Shown piece after piece: positions 22,598-35,525 of a stretch of DNA of 64,000 nt. Position numbers and translations under genes: made by a program. Numbering within the stretch: the first letter of the stretch is position 1; each line of letters starts with the position of its first letter. The notes beneath the pieces were generated by a model. The model was not told the origin of the DNA and did not search any database. It was given only the letters and a program-made list of their open reading frames with translations. Source of the DNA: the human T2T-CHM13v2.0 reference genome, Homo sapiens; NCBI RefSeq assembly GCF_009914755.1, contig NC_060939.1; one strand, written 5' to 3'.

Positions 22598-25500
22598 CTG
22601 CAGCCGGGAGCAAGCACAGGACAGAGGTGGCGGTTAGGGGGCAGTGTGTGTCTGGATGCCACCCCAAGCCACCTGGGCCCCTCCTGCCCTGTCACGATGA
22701 CCCTGATGCAGATAGAGAGGCAGGGTCCAGATGCCCAGGCCAGAGGGCCTCTGGCCTCCTCATGCTGCCCCCTCCTTGCCTCTTACCCTGCCTGGAGTCT
22801 TCCCAAAGGACCCTCCCAGCATCCTTGGAATGGAGGGGCTCAGGGAAGGGGCGGGTCACCTCAGACAGCCTGGCATTGGCGCCACCTCCTTTACATTTCA
22901 CAGGCGGTTGACTCCAAGCACACACCCTGCCCTGAATCACAGCTCCCCTGGTGCTCATCAGGGATAAAACCAGACCTGCTGAGCCGCCCTTGGGCTCACA
23001 GTGGGGATCAAAGGGGCTCAAGGGCTGAGGCCTCTAGGAACAGCCCCCAAGAAGCCGGAGCAGAGCAACCAGGAGTGTGGCTACCCCTAGCCTGCACGGC
23101 CAGGGCTTCTGAGGCTGCTGGGGGCCCCACTCGCTCAGCCCTGAGCCCTGAGTCTCCCCCGGTGCAGACGCCATGCCCCCTCCCCATCAGCTCTGTGGCT
23201 GGGTCTGCAGTAAACCAATGGCACCTGACACTGTTCACGGGTCTGTCACCCATGGGGTTCCTGGATTGCTGGGGGACACCCTCATCCAGAAGGCCCAGCC
23301 CTGAAGCTGCCCTCCCTCCTCCCCCTGCACCTGCAAATCCAAATCCAGCCTGGACTCCTGGTGGGATCTGTGACTCTCCACTTCCTCTGGGTCCCATCGG
23401 TGACCCAGCTCAGGCTCCTGAGCCCAGGGCCCGGAGAATGTCTTTTCCTGCCTCCTGGTCTTGACTCCTGCAGTTCTTTCCTCTGGCAATGCCCCTTCCC
23501 TGGCTGTTGAAATTCCATCCACAAGGCCTAATTGAAGTCCGCTGCTCTAAGAAGTGTTTTCTGTTACCCAATAAGAAGTGAAGTGTGCTCCCCTTAAAAA
23601 GACCCTCCAGCCGTCACCTGTCTGTCTCTCAGGGCTCCCACCACCTTCTTCCTAGTACCAGAGTTCTGCACAGCTGCTAGTCTGAGGAAGGCACCATCAG
23701 ATTCCCACAGGCCAGGATAGCCAGGCAACCCTGGAGGAGTGTGCCCCAACTACAGCACCGAGGCTTGTTCAAGCTGAGCTCTGAAGCCATGCAGGGCTTG
23801 GGAGGTGGTGACATGAGAAACCGTGCCAGGAGCGGGGTCCAGCTTGCATATAGGCTGCAGGTGGAGTGAGCAAGGGGTATGCGGGAGCCTCCGTGACCCT
23901 CTCCCACCCCCTGTTCAGAGACCACTGGTCCCTACTTCTGCCCCAAACTGCCTCCCATCTCCTCCTTCCCTCTTCTCTCTCCATCCACCCCCATGAGAAA
24001 CTGGCCTGGCAAATAGGGTGAGTAGGGGGGTTGGGGGAGGGTAGGTCAGACCCTAGGAGCTGCTCCAGGGGTGGATCAGATGGCCTCTGGGAGCCAAGCT
24101 GCAGTCATCTAGCTGCTGGTGGGGTAAAGACCCATCCCTGCTCCTCTACTGCAGCCTCCAGTGCCCCTGGGGCTTTGCTGCTGTGTCCACACCCTGTACT
24201 CATGGCCCGGAAGGGGCTCAGTGCAGGAGGGGGAAGCCCAGACCGGATGTCCCACCTCTCCACCCTAGCTCAGGCCCTTCTCCCACCCCTTCCCACACCT
24301 CACACAGCCCCTGCTTTCACGGCCACAGGCCATCCATCCTTGTCATCCATGCATCAGCCATTAAGGCAACTGAGGCTCACAGAGGCTGTGGCTGTCCAAG
24401 GTCACCCAGCCAGTAGAGGGAGCAATTCTGGGATAGGAGCTCTGGTCTGTCCACAAAACCACACACTTGCAAATGCTCCACCAGTCTCCCAGGACTGACG
24501 GGAGCTTCGTGGTTGTTGATTGACCAAGTCACTGATTAAGCAGAGAGGATTCAGGGTGGCACTGACATGTTATGGAATCTGCAAGGGTTCTGTTATCCCC
24601 AAGGGCTTTGTCCACCCTGACCCTCCCTTCAGCCCCTCTCATCCTCTCTCCAGGCTCTTCTGCAGTTCAGCTTCTCCCCACCCGACCCCCACCAGGCTAT
24701 TTTCCACAGTCACACACGCTCCAGTGACCCACCAGAAAAGCAAACATCCTGACAGGCGATCAATAAGTAATTGGGCCGGCAGCTGGGGCTGGCGCGGGTG
24801 TGAGGCTGGGGACCTCAATAGGTAAATAGGACTTTTAGCATCCAGCTCAGGGCCAGGCTGGCGGGTGGGGGGAGCTGCTGGAGAGAAGGCTGGGGAATGA
24901 GGGGGGCTAGTGAGGACACGGGCCACCCCGAGGTGCTGGTAAGCCCCTCTTATACAGACACGAATCTGGCACACGGGAAGCTTGCACCACCGGGCCTCAA
25001 CCTGCCCACCCACCTCTTTTCCCACCAGTCCCTGAGCAAAGCCACCTGGGCCTCCCCACTTTGTCCTGCACACTCCTACCTCTAAGCCATCTTGTTCTGG
25101 AGAACTGTCCCAGACTCCTGCCCCAGCAGCCTTTGCAACCTTCCACCCCAAAGGCCACCTCCTCCAGGAGGCCATCCTTGACCTACTCAGTCAGATATCA
25201 CCTCTTGTCCCCAACACTGTTATTCTTATAGTAGTGATTTTATGAAACTGGTATATAGCACACCTCATTCCCATAGTGATTTGAACCAACTGACAGAAAA
25301 ATTATGCTACAAGATGATAAGAAGATAAAAGCTAAAAAAGGGAAGCCAGTCAGGAAAGAATGCCACCAAGTCCTGCCTAATGACGAAAGGTGAGAGCTTC
25401 CTAGTGACCTTGAGCAAAGAGGGAAATATGCTCCAAAGCCTCAGCATTTGGCATCTCTCCTGTAATGTATGTTTAATCCTGGTTCAGTCATGGGTGTGTG

Positions 25501-25715
25501 TGTCTCACCTGCTAGAGAGTGAGGTACCCAGGGGCAGAGAGTATGTCTGTAGCTCAGAGTGAAGTGTGACACAGAACAGACCCCCGTGAATGTTCTTTGA
25601 AAGGAAACATGCGCATGAGTGAGTTTTTGCAGGGGTGGAAGCCCTGCAGATGGGGCTAACCCTATATCAGGCCCACTGAGCAATGAGAGACCTGAGGAAT
25701 TGAAGTATGTTGGAA

Positions 25716-26076
25716 GCCGGGCATGGTGGCGCTGCAATCCCACTGTTATCCCATTGTAATCCCAGCTACTCAGGAGGTTGAGGCAGGAGGATCACCTGAA
25801 GCCAGGAGCTCAAGACAAGGCTGGGCAACATAGTGAGATGCCCATCTCCCACAGAAATTTAAAAATTAGCCAGGCATGGTGGGGTGCACCTATAGTCCCA
25901 ACTACTCAGGGAGATTGAAGTGGGAGAATCCCTTGAGGCCAGGAGTTTGAGGCTACAGTGAACTGTGATTGTGCCACTGCATTCCAGCCTGGGCAACAGA
26001 GCAAGACTCTCCATCTGTAAAAACAATAAATAAATAAAATAAAATAAAATAAAATAAAATAAAATAAAATAAAAAA
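25716..26076 (+). mobile_element. AluJ-like element with a (TAAAA)n tail
   Basis: Diverged Alu dimer; small internal triplication of a TGTAATCCCA-like 11-mer at ~25733-25765. Confidence 0.9.
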
Positions 26077-27219
26077 GAAATACATTGGTAGAAAAGCTGG
26101 GTCAGCCTTGCCCTGTACAGCTGCCACCCCCAGGCCTGGCAGTTGGTCCCACAGAGCCATGGGCCATGCTCCGTGGGAGCAGGACAGCTCTGGGAGTGTA
26201 CGGGCTCTGAGATGCCTCATCTCATGCCTCTTACATGCGGCTGCCCTAACGGTGGGGAAGCTGAAGGTTGAGAGAGGCTAGGATGCCTGCCCAAGCTGGC
26301 ACAGCAAGGGCACAGTCTCCGCTGGGCCTAGTCTCCTGGTCTCCCACCCCCATGGGGTCCCTGTCATCTAGGGATGCTGGCAGAGTCACGTCTGAGGGGT
26401 CACCCAAACTGCTGAGTGGGCAATGTGCCGCTCCTGCCATCCTGGCACTGTTCATTCTGCTGGCTACTCCTGCAACTGTCAAGAAAAGGTATTTTATGCA
26501 TTTTAATCAGTGTTTTATTTTGGATCCTTGCCCCCTGAAGGGCTTCCTACAAGGGTAAGAGTTTAAAAATTGAACCAATAAATACTAAGGAAATAAAACA
26601 TCAAAGACAGGCAGGTGGGCAGGCAGCAGAGAGCTGTGCCTGGGGCACCACACACAGAACCTAAAGCATCCAGAGTCCTTCCCAGGCTCAGGCAGTGGGG
26701 GACGCTGAGCCATCAGACCAGCACTGCAGAGGGCAGGTCCTAGGCTCTGCGCTGCCCCCACAGTGGGAGGGACAGGCTGCTGGCCACCGGCCACACCCTC
26801 CTTCATGTCCCGGGGCAGATACGGCCTGGTTCAGGCAATGCTCCCTGACACACGCAGTTCTCTGTGGCCAGCCTGCTGTGTGACCTCGGCAATGCCTGCC
26901 CTCTCTGGCCTGCACAGTAAGGGCTCCACTTCAGTGTCCCTGAGGGTGCTGCCACCAGAAACTAGCCTTTTTCCAGCTGGAAGGTCGACATCCTCAAACC
27001 TTGCTAAAGGGTAAAGGGGAATGGGAGGCTCAGACCCAAAACTGCAGTTTCACTGGGGCTGGAAGAATCTCTCTGTGGGAGGGGGGCTCAGGATGGTGGG
27101 CTCCCTTCCTTGGGGCATCACATTCAGGGAGTGCCCCCAGGGTCTCAGGGTGAAGGACGGTAGTTAGGGGAGATGGAAGGGGCCTGGGATCACCCATGGA
27201 CAGGTTCAGAGAACACTGA

Positions 27220-27936
<717 letters not shown>

Positions 27937-30154
27937 TGAGGCCCCAGGGCTGAGGGAAGGCCCTAGTCCTCAGAGAGCTACACCCAGGCATCTGCCCCCA
28001 AACCCGACAAAAGCCTTTCCCCAACTTCCAGAAAACGGGGTGTTACACGAGCCACGTGTACTCAGTGTTTTTCCACCACACTCCTTTCCTGTGCCTGCGG
28101 CTGCTGCCTGGGCCTGAATCTCACCTAATGTGGGGCTGGCTGAAGCACAGGATGGCAAGTTTAGTTATTCCAGGTTTATGGTATCAGTATTTCACGGTGC
28201 TCCCACTCAGCGTTCCTCGGGGACCAGGGGGACCCCCTGCACACACAGGCATGCGATCTGGCATGGAGGCGTCTGCCCCACGAAGGCTGGGGCCCAGGGT
28301 CCTCTGGGTGCTCAGCCTGGCTGTGTGGCCAGGGCAGTTCCTCACGGGGAAACGAGGTGGGTGTGCGCGGTCCTCGTCTTGCCTTGATGCCCGCCGTGCC
28401 CGTGACTGATTGGGCAGCAGGAGAGAGGGAGCGGGGAGGATGGCAGGCCTGGGAAGGGGGCTAGAGCACTTCGGAAAGTCTGCCCAGGGCTCTGCCCAGA
28501 TCCACTGCCAAGAAATGATGGGGAGAGCAGGAGAGGGAAAGAGAGAGAAACCCAGAGACACCCGGGAGACACGTGGTGGGTGAGGCTGCAGAGGAGAGGA
28601 AGAGAGAGGCAGAGAAAGCAGAGTGGGGGGAGGGGAGAAAGATGGGGACACAGGCTGGGGGCAGGGAAGGGAGAGACAGAGGCCAGAACTTGTCCTGCAG
28701 GCACAACTACGTTCCCAGCCCCCACCACCTGTGCCTATCAGCCTGGGGCCTGTTAACACAGCCCCGTCCCGGCCACTCCACCAGGTGAGTCTGAGCACTT
28801 GCATATCTAGCTGGGGAGGGAGACTCAGAAAGGTGAGGGGACTCACGCCGGATCACCAAGGAAAAGAAGCAAGGCCCAGCCTGGGCTCCTTGTGACTTGT
28901 CCTCTCCCCAAGTCCCTGCCTGCCTGAGGTCCCTTCTTTGCTTCAGCTTCAGTATGCGGGATCCGTTTCAGGAAACGATAAAGCGTGTTAGCGGGAACTG
29001 TGCCTGCTCAGAGATAACTGGGGTCAAGTGGCCAGGAGTGGGGGCGCAGTGGGGCCCATCTAGAGAGGACTGTGACGGTCACCCCAGCCCGGGTTTTTCC
29101 TTCTGTCGCAGCGGCCAACCATCCGTTTCCCATGCCTAGAGGCCTCCTACTCGGCCTTCAGAAGCAGCTCAGGGTTTCTCCCTCAGTGGCTCTCCTCTAG
29201 CCTGAGAAGAAGCGACGGCCTCTGGCGGGTCCCCTCTGGATCTCCGGCCACCCTCTGCCCACACTGCTTCTGGGCTTCTCCCAGCTCTGCTGGCACTTCT
29301 GCGGCCTCCTCTCCTGTGGCCCCCAGACTGACAGCCTCCGAAGTGGGACCGGGCCTGATACAGCTCCACACTCCCAGGCCCTGCCTGCAGACGCACCCAC
29401 CTCAAAGGAACAGAGAGAGCCCACCAGACAAATGCTGCGAGGGGCAGGACTCGCACTCTGCTCTCCAACTCCCAACCTAGCTCTTAATGAAGGAGGCTTT
29501 GTGGTGAGGGGGAGGTGCTGTGTGAGCTCAGGCTGAAATACAAACATTTTCCACAGGCCAAGGAAGAGGCAGGGGGAGGGCATTTCCACAAAGGGAACAG
29601 TGAGAGCAAAGGTGTGCAGGGGGGAAGGGACTTGTAGCCTGGTCAACTTGAGAGCATCCTGGGACTCCTAATGGCTTCTCTCTTAGCCCAAATCCTGACC
29701 CCAGTCCCTGGACTCCTTTTAAAGATGCTCCATTCTGGCTTTCCAGGGCTAATCCCCGCTGAGGTGTGAATGGCTGATAATGGCATAAGGTAGGAGCTGC
29801 TAATGGGAGAAATAATTCCGTTGCTGGCCAGTCTAATTTGGGGGGCTGCCTCCTGGCCCATGGGGAGGTGGTGAGGCAACCCTGAGAGTTGCAGTCCTGC
29901 GCCCAGGCTGAGCTCCTGCAGGAGAAAGCCTGGCGGACTGCGCGGCTGGGGGCCAGGCAGCCAGTGTCCGCCGTCTCCCCGGGGGTTGGTCCGCCCCGCC
30001 CCCACCTGCCTCCCCTTTCCCCTCCTCCTCCTCAGACCCCCATGGGGACAGAAAAACCAACGTGGAAGAAAACTGAGGTCATGTCCTTTGTTGTGTATAA
30101 TTCTTTATCTTCCTCTTGCTCTCGGTTCTGGCAAAAAGTTGTTGGGCCCCCGGG

Positions 30155-30489
30155 GTGTCTGTGTGTGTGTGTGTGAGTGGCCTGTGTGTGTGTGTGTGTG
30201 TGTGTCTGTGTGTGAGTGATGTGTGTGTGGTCTCTGTGTGTGACTGATGTGTGTGTGTGGACTGTGTATGTGTGGTGTGTAAGCAGTCTCTGTGTGTGTG
30301 GCCTGTGTGTGTGTGTGATGTGTGTGAGTGGCCTTTGTGTGTGTGGTGTGAGTGGTCACTGTGTGAGTGTGGTGTGTGTGTGAGTGCGGTGTGTGAGTGT
30401 GGCCTCTGTGTGTGTCTGTGAGTGATGTGTGTGTGTGGAGTGCGAGTAGTCTGTGTGTGTGGCCTGTGTGTGTGATGTGTGTGAGTGGC

Positions 30490-30520
<31 letters not shown>

Positions 30521-30584
30521 ATGTGTGGCCTCTGTGTGTGTGTGTGTATGTGTATGGTGTGTGAGTGGCCTCTGTGTGTGTGTG
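30155..30584. repeat. Complex (TG)n-rich tandem repeat, ~430 bp
   Basis: TG runs punctuated by recurring GAGTGGCCTC and GTGATG spacers. Confidence 0.95.
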
Positions 30585-31589
30585 CTGGTTGCCTCTCCTC
30601 CCCCACTCCCCGGCCCCCAGCTCCATCACTCAGGTGCGCTTTGGGAAGCTCCATCCTCTCCCACATGTGCTCACTGGCCTCAGTGCCTGCTGGAGGATGC
30701 TGACTGGGCATGGTGTGATTGTCTGCCTGCTTGTCCTGGGTCACCCTAGGCACGCACTCGGCCACCCTGCACTGAAGGGAGGAATGCCCCTGCCCACCTC
30801 ACCAAGGCACAGCCATCTCGAGAGCTGCCAGCCTTCCGGCCAGCTCGCAGCCCCTGGCCATTTGCAGGATAAATTATGAATTTTAATTGTCAGAGCATCT
30901 TAGTGTTTAAAGGCTTCTATATATAGGCTCTGCCCTCCAGGAGCAGCAGGCTTGGTGGAGAGGAGTGAGAGTCGGGCAGGGCTGACAGGAGGCCCATTCT
31001 GGATGAGCAAAATGGGCTCCAGCCAGTGCACCCCACCCTGCTGTGTGATCTCGGGGGAATCCTGGACCACTCTGGGCCCTTCCTGCCCCTTGCACAAGGT
31101 TGCCCAGTACCCCCAGTTGGATGGGAGCTGTCCCAGAGCTGAGGTGGGGCAGGCAAGTGCCTATTCGGGGGGGTAACCTGAGAGAGGCCCAAGGACAACC
31201 CCAGTCCTGCACCCCAGTATCTCCCTTCTCATGTCTTGAGATGCCAACCCAGGCTCTCGGGGACAGGAAGATGCCCCTCAAGGCCCCCAGCGCCATCCCC
31301 TGCCCAGGCCAGTGGCCCCTTGGGACACGCTTGCCTCATCCCCACTCGTCCTCTCACACCTTCCTGGGGCCCCCAGGGGGAACCCTCTCTGCAGCCCCAG
31401 CCGTCAGGGCCTCTCTATTTGGGAACAGCTCAGGCCTGGAAACCAGCCAACCCCCGCCTGGGAGAGCTATAGGCCTTGTGCTTGGGGTGGGGGGTGCCAC
31501 AGCCTCACAGACTGAGGCTGGTAGTGAGAGGCTGAGGGGTGTGGTGGAACTAGCCTGGGATTTGGGATTAGCCAGAGAGCTAAATAGAA

Positions 31590-32480
31590 TGACGATGAGA
31601 ATGATGATTGGTAAACCCCTCGTAGGTGGCCTTTGGTGTTGCCAGGCGTTATTTCAAGCCCTTTGCATATAAAAATTCATTTAATCTCACACCAACCCAT
31701 TGAGGTAAGTGCTGCCACTATCCCCATTTTGCAGATGGAAGAAGCAGAAGCACAAAGAGGTTCCATAACTTGCTCGGGGTCAGTGTTAGCATGATTTGAA
31801 CCCCAATGGTTTGGCTCCAGAGTCCATGCTCTTCATCACTTCCCTATAGTGCCTCTTTTTTTTAAAAGCTAACACTAACATAGCATTGGCTATGTGCCAG
31901 GCATGAACCTGTTTGATCTCCATAACCACCCTAAGAGGCTAGTATTATCCCCATTTTACTGATTAGAGAACTGAGGCGCCAAGAGGTGATGCACCTTGCC
32001 TAAAGTCCCGCAGTGATGAGTGGCAGACCTGGGACTGGGCCTGAGGCAGTCAGACTCCCAGCTGTCCTGCCCACTCCTGCATACTGCCTCCCTCTGATTC
32101 AGGTTCAGGGGCCTGCTGAGCTGTGTCATCTTGGGCAAGTGGCTTTACCTCTGGGGACCACAAATTCCTCCCTGGGAAGTGGGGACGGCAGACTTCACAC
32201 TGCCCTCACTGCTGGGGGCGGAGAGTTCAGGGAGAGGGAAGGGAAGGGACATTTATATCGAGCACACACACTAAGTGCTTTGCTGAACAACCCCACCAAC
32301 CCTCACCACGTTACACACCCACTTCACTGATGAGGAAACTGAGGCTCTGAGCCATTAGTTCACCTGCCTGAGGTCCTGAGCTTGTCTGGCTCCAAAGGCA
32401 TAACACCCTTAGAGACCCTCACACAGATGAGGAAACTGAGGCCCAGGAGCATCAGGGACTTGTTCAAGGTCCCACAGAAT
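31590..32480. mobile_element. Cluster of MIR fragments (mostly reverse orientation)
   Basis: Repeated CCCATTTT..CAGATG.GGAAACTGAGGC cores at ~31725, ~31950, ~32330 and ~32425. Confidence 0.7.
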
Positions 32481-34309
32481 CTCTGGGCTAGGGCCTAGGA
32501 AGGACCCCAGCATCCCAACCGCGGCCACTTTCTCTCCCCAACATCATACAAGGGTCACATGGCCACCCCATGGCGGGGCTGGGTCAGGGACAGGTGAGAG
32601 AGTTTGGGTTATTTCTGCCTCAAAAGGGGAAAAGATTGAAAAATAACCCTCTAAAACATCACAAACCAAGGTCCAGTGAGTTCTGTTTAACATGGACAGG
32701 CAGATTATAAATAAAACACTTGCCTCTCTCCTAGCCCTGGCAGTTCAAAGCCCTCTCTACTCAAATCAATCTTGGCCACGCCACTGCCAGAGTCCATTTT
32801 TCCAACCTGGTAAACTGAGCCCAGTATCCAGGAGGTGATGGAGCCTCCAGTCAGACACATACAGGAGGAATGTCCTGTTCAGGCACAATGGATGCCACTA
32901 CCCGGCTGCCCGTTCATAAGAAGCCCAGACTTGGGGGAGGAACTGGCACCTCTGCAAATCTCTAAGGAGCTTATCAAGGCAGAGGCTGCAAAGGTCTACT
33001 GCAGGCCCAGAGAGGGGAGCCAAGACCCATGGGTGGGCTCACAGGGAGGCCCATTCAGCTCAGTGTGAGGAATCCGATGAGACATTAGACGGCTCAGGAC
33101 AGAAGGTCTGCCTCGGTAGTAAGTAAGAAGCCCATCATGGGAGGCATGCAAGCTGAGACCATGGATCAAGGCTACTGCAGGAGGCCTCCTCTGCTGGGAT
33201 CTACACCTCAGTAGCCCCTCTCAGCTCTGAGATGCCCCCGTGTTGCATCCAAGTAAAGGGACTTGAGATGGCCAGTCCCCGCCCCCCCAACCCCCCATCC
33301 GCAGCCCTGCACTGGGCTAGGCAGAAGAAGCGTGCTGGCCAGGCCCCCACCCCCTCCCAGAGGCGAGAGCAGGTTCTCTGCAGAGGGAAGTAGAGGAGGT
33401 GGCAGAGAGAGATTAATTCCCTGAAAGGGGAAAAAATAGAAAAACACACACACCACACACCCTAATAACATGTAATAAGAGGTTGGAGACGAGGAACAAT
33501 GCCCTGGTAATGTCACCCTGGCGGCAATCAATTTGGGTGTCACATGAAATAGGCATAATTATTCCGCCAGCCCCGGTGCTCGTCTTTAACCAGCTCCAGG
33601 GGCCCAGGCCCAGGCAGAAAAGGCAGCGTGGAATCAATCGTTGGTGTACCAGGCTGGCAAAGGGAGCTGCTCCAAATTAGCCTGCCAGCACCCAGCTTCT
33701 CAGACCCTCTGGGCTGGCAAGGATCTGGAGGGCCTCGCGGGTCGGGGCCCTGCAATGCCCCGGAGTCACCTTGCTCAGCCACCCCTCATTCGATCCATGA
33801 GCAAGAGCAGTCAGAGAGGACTCCCCAAGCAAGTGAGAATGGAGGAGGAGCAAGCACACATTTGTTCCATCCGGGGTTCATTCCCTGGGTCACCAAACTC
33901 TTATTAAGTGCTCAGCAATGCCAGGCTTCATGCCAGGTGCACAGGGGGGCTGTGCAGGAGGAGGGGATGCTAAAATAATGAAACACAGGCTCCCTCCACC
34001 TCTTAAGCTAGGACCACTCCTTCCCATCCTGGGGTAAACACAAAGCCTCTGGGGTTCCTGGAATTTGCTGTCCTTTGTTTGCACTAAACATGCAGGGACT
34101 TAAGCCCTTCTTGCTCCTCCTTCATCCTACTTGCTTGGGGAGTCCTCCCTGATTGCTCATATCCATCCCAGACTTCAGGGATGGTAAAGACAGCATCCCC
34201 ACAACTGGGGGAACGGGTGCCGATGGGATGACTGCTTAGTGAGCACCTAGTACACACTGGCTGCTGCCCATCTCAACCCACATTTCATATACCAGAAACC
34301 TTGAATTCC

Positions 34310-35020
34310 AGAAATGCAAATCAAGGCCATCATGAAATACCATCTTACATTCATTCAATCAGTAAAAATCAAGGCCCCTGACAATACCGAGTGTTGATCA
34401 GGATGGGGTGCAATGGGGACACTCATCTCCTGCTGGGGTGATGCAAACTGGTCTAACCAATTTGGAAAACACTTTGGCAAATATCCTAGTAAGAGTGAAT
34501 GCGAACATGCCCTACAGGCCAGCAATTCTGCTCCTAGCTGTGTGCCCCAGAGACACTGCATGTTGCCTCAGAGATGGGATGAGAAGGTTCCTGGCAGCAT
34601 TGTTTGTAAGAGCAAAAAATGGAAATAACCTAAATGTCCATTGGTAGGAGAATGTTAATTACACTTTTAGGATCACATGACAGAACATTATACATCAGTG
34701 AAAATGAGCTACAACTACTATTATTCACAACAATATAGATGAAGCTTAAATGTGATAAAGAAAAAAGGCAAATTCCAGAGGACTGCACACAGTTCATGCT
34801 CTTTTTATAAAGTTCAAAAATAACTAAAACTGAACTACTTATATATGTTAAAATATATAATTTTAAAGAGGCAAGGGATTGTGAAATACATAATTTAGAG
34901 TAGTCATTGAAAAAGAGGCAACGGGACGGGGTGTGCAGGAGCACATGGGGAGATGTACATCATTACTGGATTGCTGGTGTTTAAGTTGGAGAGTAGGGTA
35001 ACAGTGTTCATTATAGTATT
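34310..35020 (+). mobile_element. Old L1 (L1M/L1ME-like) 3' fragment
   Basis: CTGACAATACCGAGTGTTG...TTTGGAAAACACTTTGGCA...CCAGCAATTCTGCTCCTAG...GCAGCATTGTTTGTAAGAGCAAAAAATGGAAA. Confidence 0.8.
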
Positions 35021-35279
35021 ATTACTGCTACTACGATTAATACTAAATGCCTCGATTAATTAATTAACAGGCTGGGCCTGGATTAGTGAGTAAGAGCCCC
35101 AGCCCAGAGGTCAGGAAGAAGGCATTCTAGACTGAACCGCAGGCTTGCAAGCTGGGGACTCACAGCAAGTCACTCGCCACCTCTCTGGCTCTGTTTTCTT
35201 GGGTATAAAATCAAACCTCTGCACCTACCACCTACAAGGATAAGATCATGAGCATATCACTGATGTAAACTATGAGTAG

Positions 35280-35525
35280 CTAGCACTTATTACAGGCTTA
35301 CTGTGTACCAGGCAGTGTTCTAAATGTTTTGCATATGTTAGCACACCTAATTGTCACGACCTCCCTTGAGGTGGATACTATTGTTACTCTCACTTTATAG
35401 ATAAGGAAACAGGCCCAGAGAGATTAAGTAACTTGCCCAAAGTCACAGAACTAGGCAGTGGTGGAGCTGAGACTTGAGCCCAGACTTTTGGCTCCAGGGT
35501 CCACATTCTTAACAACTTCACTATG
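35280..35525 (-). mobile_element. MIR
   Basis: TTACTGTGTACCAGGCAGTGTTCTAAATG...CACTTTATAGATAAGGAAACAGGCCCAGAGAGATTAAGTAACTTGCCCAAAGTCAC. Confidence 0.85.

Noticed and set aside
20496-22667. Alternative-frame and antisense ORFs overlapping the LINGO1 exon
   Set aside because: Shadow ORFs caused by high GC3 codon bias; several begin at non-ATG codons.
30079-30765. His/Thr-rich and Cys/Val-rich ORFs (also 11104-11952 and 58596-59283)
   Set aside because: Translations of (CA)n/(TG)n repeats.
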